Source: the human T2T-CHM13v2.0 reference genome, Homo sapiens. From it: DNA of 64,000 nt. Where the stretch lies: assembly GCF_009914755.1 (NCBI RefSeq), contig NC_060944.1. One strand, written 5' to 3'. Under the pieces are notes generated by a model. It did not search any database, was not told the origin of the DNA, and saw only the letters and a list, made by a program, of their open reading frames with translations. Positions within the stretch are counted from its first letter, which is position 1; every line of letters begins with the position of its first letter. Position numbers and translations under genes: made by a program. Shown here in pieces: positions 55,991 to 64,000 of this stretch.

Positions 55991-57244
55991 TTGCGGTTGA
56001 CTTCTCTGCCTTTCCCTCCAGAAGGTGGGTGGCTAAACAGCAGGAATTGGTCTTTTGTCCCCACCTTCCTCCTGTGGCTCCCACACAGGACAGAGGTGAG
56101 GGTCATCTGCATCCAGGGTGTAGACCTCGAGTGAGCCCTGCCCGGCTGGGAGCCTCAGTTCTCTCCTGTAACAGGGGCTCATGGCAGTGCCTACCTGACC
56201 AGGTGGCTTCCCAAGGGGCACACGATCTTGTTGGGGAGAAGAGCTGGTCAGGAGGGACCTGTGGACGGGAGACATTTTCCGAGCAATGTTGTGGCTGATG
56301 CCATCTGGGGGTCCTCCCAGAGATGGGCGGGGGATGTTGGGCTGAGCCCCTGAGGAAGGAAGACATGGCGTGGGAGTGTAAGAAGGGAGAAGAGGAATGA
56401 TTCCAGCCCTGCTGACCTCCTGAGGGGAGGTTTCAGCTGCAGGGATGCCAGAGCCGCTTGCTGCAGCGGGGACACTCAGGCCACAGCGAGAGGAAGGCTG
56501 GAGTCCTGGGTTCCCAACTTGCCGCTGATGTCCTTGTGCTGTGTGACCCTGGGTGCCTGTCACTCTTACCCTGTGCCTTGGCCTTCGTTCATTGTGAGAA
56601 TCTCAGACTTGCTCTCTCTTCTGCTGGGTTTCCCGGCCCCCGCAGACCCCCTGGCCTGGCCCCTCTGCCCTCATGGAGGCCGAGGCCAGGGCCCAGGGCC
56701 AGGGCTGCGCACCTTGACAACGCGCCCACGCCGGGCACAAAGGCCCATTGTTCGGGCCCACGTTGGCGGGGAAGCGGGCGGGGAGCAGCCGCCTTTCACC
56801 CAACCCGCTTGTGGTCGGCGGGGACTGAGGAGCGATTCACAGAGGCCCCCGCCCCCTGTCCGGGCATCCAGCCAGGATGCCTCCCAGGCAGGCACCCTTG
56901 CCAAGCTGGGCCTGTGCTACCCAGAACTGGGCCTCAGTTTCCCCAGCTGAGAAAAGGGAAGCAGAGCAGCTCTGATAGTGGGGTAGAGCTTGCTGTTTGG
57001 CCTCATTGCCCTGAGATCCACTGCTCTGTGCCTTCCCCAGGCACAGATCAGCTGCCCCTGACATGCCAGAGGAGGCCACGGGATCTGGGGCTTTGGGGCC
57101 TGACAAGTCTGGGTTTGGATTCATGCTGGATGATTTTGGGTGAGTCTGTTCAGCTCATGAGCCTTTGTTCTCCCGCCTGTAAAAGGGGGCTTGGAGTCCA
57201 TGATCCTCAGAGGTAAAATGAGAGAAATGACACCTCAGGGCGGC

Positions 57245-57280
57245 ATTCATTCATTCATTCATTCATTCATTCATTCATTC
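57245..57280. repeat. (TTCA)n repeat (L2-tail type)
   Basis: cattcattcattcattc... Confidence 0.9.
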
Positions 57281-59384
57281 CAAAAGGTGTACTGGCTGTC
57301 AACTCTGTACAGGACCAGCTATAGAATGTTCAGTGTCGTGTGCAAAATTAAACGTGATGGTCCTTGTTCAAAATTAAGAATTTCAAGAGGTAACGGCATT
57401 AATCCAAGCATGGGGCCCTGTGTGAAGGCATGCGTTGCAGGTCTGTGAGGCTCACTCTGCCTGTGTGCCAGCCGTTATCCCAGGCACCAGGACCAGGCAC
57501 TGGGCCCCACTAATGAGAGAGGGAAAAATTTCTGTTGTCATGGAGCTCATAACCTGGCAGGGGGACCTAGAGTCCCTGAACCTTCCCAAGGCCAGGTGCC
57601 CCAGGAGGCCTGCTCCTCCTGGGCCTGCTGACCAGGCCAGCGGGGTGAGCGGAGGCACCCAAGCTTCCTTCGAGGCTCCGATGTCAGTGACCACCACATC
57701 TGGCTGGGCACCCACAATAATAATGGCTTACATTTGCATAAGACTCTGCCCGGGCTGATCCAGGACCCTTTCTCGGATGAACTCAGCATCTTCGTGGCAA
57801 CCCTATGAGGAAGGCGAGGCAGCATGGCTCACCCTTTGTATGGATGGAGAAACTGAGGCTCAGGCTCACTGGACCATTCAGCCAGCAAATGGCAGAGGCA
57901 GGATTTGAACCCAGGCTGTCTGGTGCCAGGGTCTTCATTTCCTCATTCCATCCTCTGTGGATGGGGACAGCGGTGAGCGAGGTGGTTTATGCTGGCAACA
58001 GAGGCCCTGCTGGGGATTGAGGCTGGGAAGGGTGCGGGTGTGCTGGTGGCCCGCCAGCTGCCACCTGGGTTGGCCCTGCTGTGTGGCCCTGAGTCACAGC
58101 GCTGTGTCCTGGGAAGCTGGTTGTGCTCCGGGCACCCGTGGGGCCTGAGTCACAGCAGAGCACACCCTACCTTCCTGCCTACCTCCCACCTGGGCCCAGG
58201 GACAGGCAGGCCCTCTGAGCAGGTTCTTAGGCAGGCAGTCACATCTCTGCCCAACGTCAGGGGCAAGAAAGAGGCACCTGTGTGTGGCTCCAGAAGCACA
58301 TTCCTGCTTCCTGTCACTGAGCCCAAATCCATCCTTCCAAGCTACCCTTTGGATGGATTAGCTGGCAGGTAAAGTACTGAGCTCCCCGTCACTGGGAGCA
58401 TTCAAAGCAGGATAGCCTGTCAGGGGTGCTGAGAAGTGTTCCTGAATCAGGTAGGGCCTGCTGCTGGAGTATGTGAATTCCAATGCCCTAAACATGTGCT
58501 TATGTGCTAATTTTTGAATAGCTATGGTGAGCAAATGCTACAAAATCCAAAAGTAGAAAGGGGTATGGAATGAAAGGCAATTCCTCACTCTCTCCTTTCC
58601 CCAGCCTCTGACTCCCCCTCCTTAGAGGCAGCCACTGTTAACCTGCTATTTTGGCCAGAGTTAATTTATGTACATACAAACAAATATCTATGTTGTCCTT
58701 GCCTCCCTCCCACCCTTCCACACAAATGGTAGCCAATATGTTTCTTACAGTGTTCTGCTCCTCATTTTTTTTTTTTTTTAATTATTTGACAACTTATCCT
58801 GGAGACTGTTCTAGATCAGCACACAGAGCTGCCTCATTCTTCTTACCTAGCCACATGGTATTCTGGCCCCTTCCCTTTTAAAATCTATAACTGATTTGAT
58901 TAAAGGAATTTTCAACCCTGAATTCTACATATTGGGATCTGCACTGTCCTTTGCTCTGGTGGTGGCCTGAGAACATTTTCAAAATTTGGCTGGAGACTAT
59001 AAGCTCTTTCCACATCCGTGGGGATTTTTGTGTTCTGTTTTTAGTTGACTAAGGCGAGGGCAGCTTTTCATTCACAGCTCTCCACGCCAGGCAGGCACTG
59101 GTAATCCACTGGTGAGCCCCACGGGCATCAGCTCATCTGCCGACAGTGTGGCCAGGCTGTGGGAGGAGTATGTGGTGGCAGGGAGCCCAGAAGAAAGGGC
59201 TTCCTGTGTTTGTTTAAGTAAGGGGTTAGTGATGGCTCCTCAGAGGTGGGACTATTTGGGCAGGGCCTTAAGGGATGCATAGGAGTTCCTACGAGGAGAA
59301 GTATGGAGATGGGCTTGCCAGACAGAGGAAACTGCATGATAAGCGAAACTGCCTGGTAGATGCAGAAACTCCTACCAGCATCCA

Positions 59385-59610
59385 CTTACTGAACACCTAC
59401 TAAGTGCCAGGCACTGTACTACGTACTTTACAAGTCATTGCTGCATTTCAACTCTTGACAGTTGTAGGCTATTACTAGTCCCATTTTACAGATAGGTTAG
59501 TTGAGGTTAGATAGGTTAGAAAAGCCCAGTAACTTGCTCACAGCAACACAGCTACAAATATCGAAGCCTGGGTTTGAACCCAGGCGACTTGGGCTCTTGG
59601 CCATTCTACT
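59385..59610. mobile_element. MIR
   Basis: ttactgaacacctactaagtgccaggcactgt...cccattttacagat...gggtttgaacccagg. Confidence 0.75.
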
Positions 59611-62584
59611 ATCCCACAAGGGTCAAAGGGTAGATGGCGAGGTCCCGAATGCTAGATCTTGACCTTTCAACCTTCCCAGCTCGGGTCCTGCCCCTGCTCA
59701 GAGGCCCTTAGTTGTTCCCCACTACTCCAGGACTCATCGGCCTGAGCTGCCCTCTCCCTCCAGCCAGGGTGGGCACCTGGGGCAGCATCAGCCTTTCTGG
59801 GTCTGGCTGGGTGTGCTGGGTGCTGCAGGAGGAGCCACACATGGTACTAATGGAGCCAGGGAGCAATTAGGGGGGCATATACCCTGGCCTGTGCCCACTG
59901 ACCGGTTTTGGATGTAGTTGGAGATGGAACTGGCCCTCTAGGCTTTGTCCCCTGGAGGCCTAGGGACTCTGTCTTCAGGGCAGTGCTGGCTGTCACTTTG
60001 GCCCAGCCCCTCTGGCTTCCTGGTTGTGAGCAGCCTCTGGACCCAGAGAACTGTTCTCCCGTGTACCCTGTTGGGCACTGGGCCTGGGGCTTTTTAAACC
60101 TCATGGATTCTGCAACGTGGGAATTCATCCCTCCATTTGGCAGATGAAAAAAAGAAGGTTCAGAAAGGTGAAACGACTTGTTCAAGGCCACACAGCGAGG
60201 AAAGGGCAGAGCCAGGACAGGAATCCAGACCCTGAGTTTGACTCATAACCACCCTCCACTCCTGCCTCCGTGCAAGAGGATTTTCCAACCTGTCTGCTGC
60301 TTGGCAGGGGCTTAATCAACCTCCCTCTCTCTCTCTCTCTCCTGGTCTTCAGGAAAGGGGCAATGAGCCCATTGCCACGGGGTACGGCGGAGCTTGGATG
60401 CTGCACCCAGGACTGAAAGGGGGACCTGTGGGCGGCCTCTGCCTCTCCCCGCGCAGCGTCAGGACACAGGCCCACATTCCCTCCTGGCTTCTCCCTGAAG
60501 GGAGAGAGAATAATAGTTGGTTCAAATGTCAGGCCTGCTCCGTGCTGGTGGGGAGACTGGTTGAGCAGGTCCGCAGGAGGGACGGAGGGAGGAAATTATT
60601 AATAATTGCAAAGCAACCAGCCACACTACAGGCCTTGAGTTGTGTCTGCGTTTGTCTTTGGAGGTGTGGAGTTGGGGGTGCTGATCCTGGGGACCCAGCC
60701 CAGGGGTCAGGACAGCCTGGGGACCAGCTGCAGCTTCCCAGAAGCCTGTGTGGGTAGGGGAGATGATGGGGGCACAGAGTCAGCCACCTACCCCTGGCAA
60801 GGTGGGACACATCCCAGCCTCCCCATCTTCCACTGACTCAGGGAAGGATCTGTCAACATCTAGGGGAGGGAGGAAAGAGCCTACTACGTACCTTCAGGAA
60901 GCTTCTCATTAGGTGATGGATTTAATCCTCACAACAACCAGATGAGGTTGGCCTTGCTATTATCTCCAGTTGGGGAAACTGAAGCACAGAGGGTCTAAGG
61001 GTCTAATTGTACAGATTTGAATCCAGGAGGTCTGAGTGCAGCTGGATAGTCCTTTGCTGGGATGGGAGGATCCCCATTCCCTGGGAACAGCCACACCCAT
61101 TCCCAGAACATCACCACGATCCCTGCTGCCTTCCCTTGGAGGACAGGAGTTGGTGTGAAGCTTCTCTGAGCCTCAGTTCCCTCATCTATGGAATAGGAGC
61201 CAGAGTTCCTCCCTCCAGGGTCAGAAGGCAGCTAGCTGATAAGGGGAGCAGGTAAGGAGGTGAAGGGTCGGTTTGCTGGCTGCTGCCTCCACCTCCCTTC
61301 CAGAACCAGTCACCAGTGACAGTCCCTTCATCAAGACCCTTTCTTTCCTCCCTTCTCCAGCACCCACGGTGAGGTCTGACCAACAGCCGCAACCATAGTG
61401 GCGCTTTGCTGAGTCTTCCTTGAGCTCCCTGTGTGCCTAACGCAGAGCTTCTCCCCTCCCCGGGGCTTTGGAAAATCTGCTCTGAAATGTCTTGTGAGTG
61501 ATCAGTTTACGCTTCAACAGGAAAATGAGTTGAATGGTGGAACTTGAGGCAGGGTTTTGGGGAATGGACAGTGGGAGTTCTGGGAGTCTAGAGCCAGCCT
61601 CTGGGCTTGGGGTTAGCAGGGCCGAGGCATGCCCAGATCGCATGCCATCAAGCCCCAGGACCAGCCGCATCTGTGGGGTACCTCCAGGGCGTCCCCCTCC
61701 TTGGCCTGCCCTGATGGGCTGATAAGACCTAGCCTCGGAGGAGGAGGCAGCTGTAATTACAGGCCTTAGTGGTGGCGGGCAGGCAAGTCATGAGGTGGGG
61801 GTGACTCAGACGATTGCTCCACGGACAGGGTGGAGGCGGGGGCCACCCATCTGCCCCTCACCCAGCTGGCCTGAGATGGGTCTGGGCACCCAGGGAGCGG
61901 CCCGGCCAGGGTCCCATCCTTGGGCCTGTGACCCAGGCCCCTGTGCCACTTGGCATCCACGAAGCTGGCATTGCACTGGACTTGGGACTGGCTGGGTTTT
62001 CCCCTTTCTTCGTCCCAGGCAATAGCTTCTGGGAAGTAGGAGTCAGTGCTCAGAGGCACCAATGGGAGGATCATCAGGACTGGACCGAGAGAGCCGCAGA
62101 CTCGGGGGAGAGTACCGGGAGTCCCAGACCACAGAAAGACAGAACCTCAGCCATGTGCAGACTCTGAGAACCAGCAGATGACGGTTTCTAGAACCAAATA
62201 TTTTCAGGTTCAAGGATTCAGGGACTAGTAGATCTGTAGAATTATCGATTTATAAGATCACGGACCTGGTTGCAATTGGTTCCAGAGAATTCATATATCC
62301 ATTGAGATAGAGATTTAAAAAAAAATCACAGCAGCTGATGAGTTCAGGAGTAAATTACCTTGGTGTCTTCAACTTGCTCCCACATGGATCAGGCAAGAAA
62401 AGCCCCCCCAAAAGTAGAAATATGCATCTTTCTCATTTAACCTAGCTAGAGGGAAGGCCCGCAGACTGAAGAATTAACAACTGGTAAATTGAGGCAATCA
62501 TTGTACTAATCATTTGACTGTCTATGGGCTTAAAAATTGTCAAAATAAAAAGCCAGGAAATAGTAATAAAGAAAAGGAAATGTG

Positions 62585-62730
62585 GGTCAGGCATGGTGGC
62601 TCACGCCTGTAATTCCAGCACTTTAGGAGGCTGAGGCGGTAGGATCGCGTGAGCCCAGGAGATTGAGACCAGCCTGAGCAATATATTGAGACCTCGTTTC
62701 TATGGGAAGAAAAAAAAAAGCAAAAGAAAA
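62585..62730 (+). mobile_element. Alu left monomer (FLAM-like)
   Basis: ggtcaggcatggtggctcacgcctgtaattccagc...A tail; TSD-like gaaatgtg. Confidence 0.85.
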
Positions 62731-64000
62731 TGAAATGTGAATACCAACCAGGACATTACAAATTATGCAACTTGGTAATCTATAATATTATGACTTTCCA
62801 AATCTATGCATCTGTTATTCTCTTCATTCACTCATTGTATATTTTATTTATACACTTTTGCAGAGTACCTACGTGGTCACAAGGAGAAACTGTTCTAAGG
62901 CTTTACAAATGTTAACTCGTTTAATTCTTATGACATTTCTAAGGGCATTATGAATAGTAACTCATTGAATTCTTACAACTGGATGAGGTAGGTGCTGTTA
63001 TGATGCACGTTTTACAGATAAGGAAACTGAGGCAGTGAGAGGTGGAGTAACTTGCTTAAACGGTGCTCACTGTGTTATTAAGCCTCTACTGTGTACCAGG
63101 TGCTGTGCTAGACAGAGCAGTGAACAGGACAGACTTTGTCCACACCCTGGGGGAACTTGGCAGAGGAGACAGATAATAAACAAGCATGATTGTTTATAAG
63201 TTCAAAGCGGAAAATAAGCCTGCTGCTTTGATGGAAGGTGGGGGTATGGGGTCCCCAAGATTGAGCGAACAGGTGAGGCTCTTCTGAAAAGGTGGCCTTT
63301 TGCTGAGACCTGAAGTACGAGGAGAACCCTGGATTTGAGAGACATGACTGTCATTTGCCTGGGCTGTGCCCTCTGCCTGGACTGCCCTCCTGCTTCCGGC
63401 TTCTCTATGCCAACCTTGCCTTCACTGGTCCAGGTCTGGCTGGGCGGCACCTCCTCTGGAGGTGGGAGGTGAACTGGGGGCTTCCCCAGCCCCAGAGGGA
63501 ATCTGTCCTCCCCCTGGTCTTTTCTATCCTCCTGGTTCCCAGAGCAGACCTTAAATAAGGGAAGCCTCCATGTGACTCAGCGGCACCACCTGTGCCAGGC
63601 TCTGTGCTGGGATCTCACCCAACCCCGAGTGGGGAGCATAGTTTTCTCCTGGGGAGGAGATAGAGGCTCAGAGAGGTTAAGAGACTTGCCCAAGGATGCA
63701 CAGCTAACAAGTGTTCAAAGGAAAATCCACACTCAGGACTACAGGCTGTCTTTTGGTGACTGGTTTACCTGCTCACCTGCCTGCCTACCCTGGGCACCTC
63801 TCGAGGGCAGGTCCTGGGTGCTGGAGTCAGTTCTGTGTACCAGCATCGCCCAGCCCTGGGTCTGGCCTACATGGGATGATTTTCCCTTCACCAGGCTGAG
63901 AGCATGAGACATGAAGGACTAGGCCAGGGCCCTGGGGGCTAGCTCTACCCCAAGGGGAAGGTGGACACGGGCCTGAGCCCCTAGGCTCCCAGACAGACCC

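Noticed and set aside
56458-57216. 252-aa ORF over the CpG-rich patch
   Set aside because: TTG start; openness is explained by GC content and there is no recognisable homology

Overview
Human-like (primate, Alu-rich) genomic DNA containing one protein-coding gene, the intronless CEBPB (C/EBP-beta; CDS 4537-5574, + strand), inside a CpG island. Its known control elements can be read directly: TATA box, CRE-like site, the out-of-frame uORF that sets the LAP*/LAP/LIP ratio, C/EBP-ATF and UPR-type elements in the 3'UTR, AU- and GU-rich tracts, miR-155 and miR-191 sites, and the poly(A) signal. The remaining ~58 kb appears gene-free. It is dominated by more than 30 Alus plus L1, L2, MIR, LTR and hAT relics and microsatellites, with a few non-repetitive motif clusters that may be distal enhancers. 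I found no convincing new coding gene or new biological system. The most notable structures are a G-rich 48-51-bp VNTR that grew out of an L2 relic, four Alus nested inside a MER91A-like element, a decayed pentamer array resembling Ig switch repeats, a tail-to-tail inverted Alu pair, and AP-1/FOX/NF-kB motif clusters. Repeat boundaries and subfamily calls were made by eye and are approximate.
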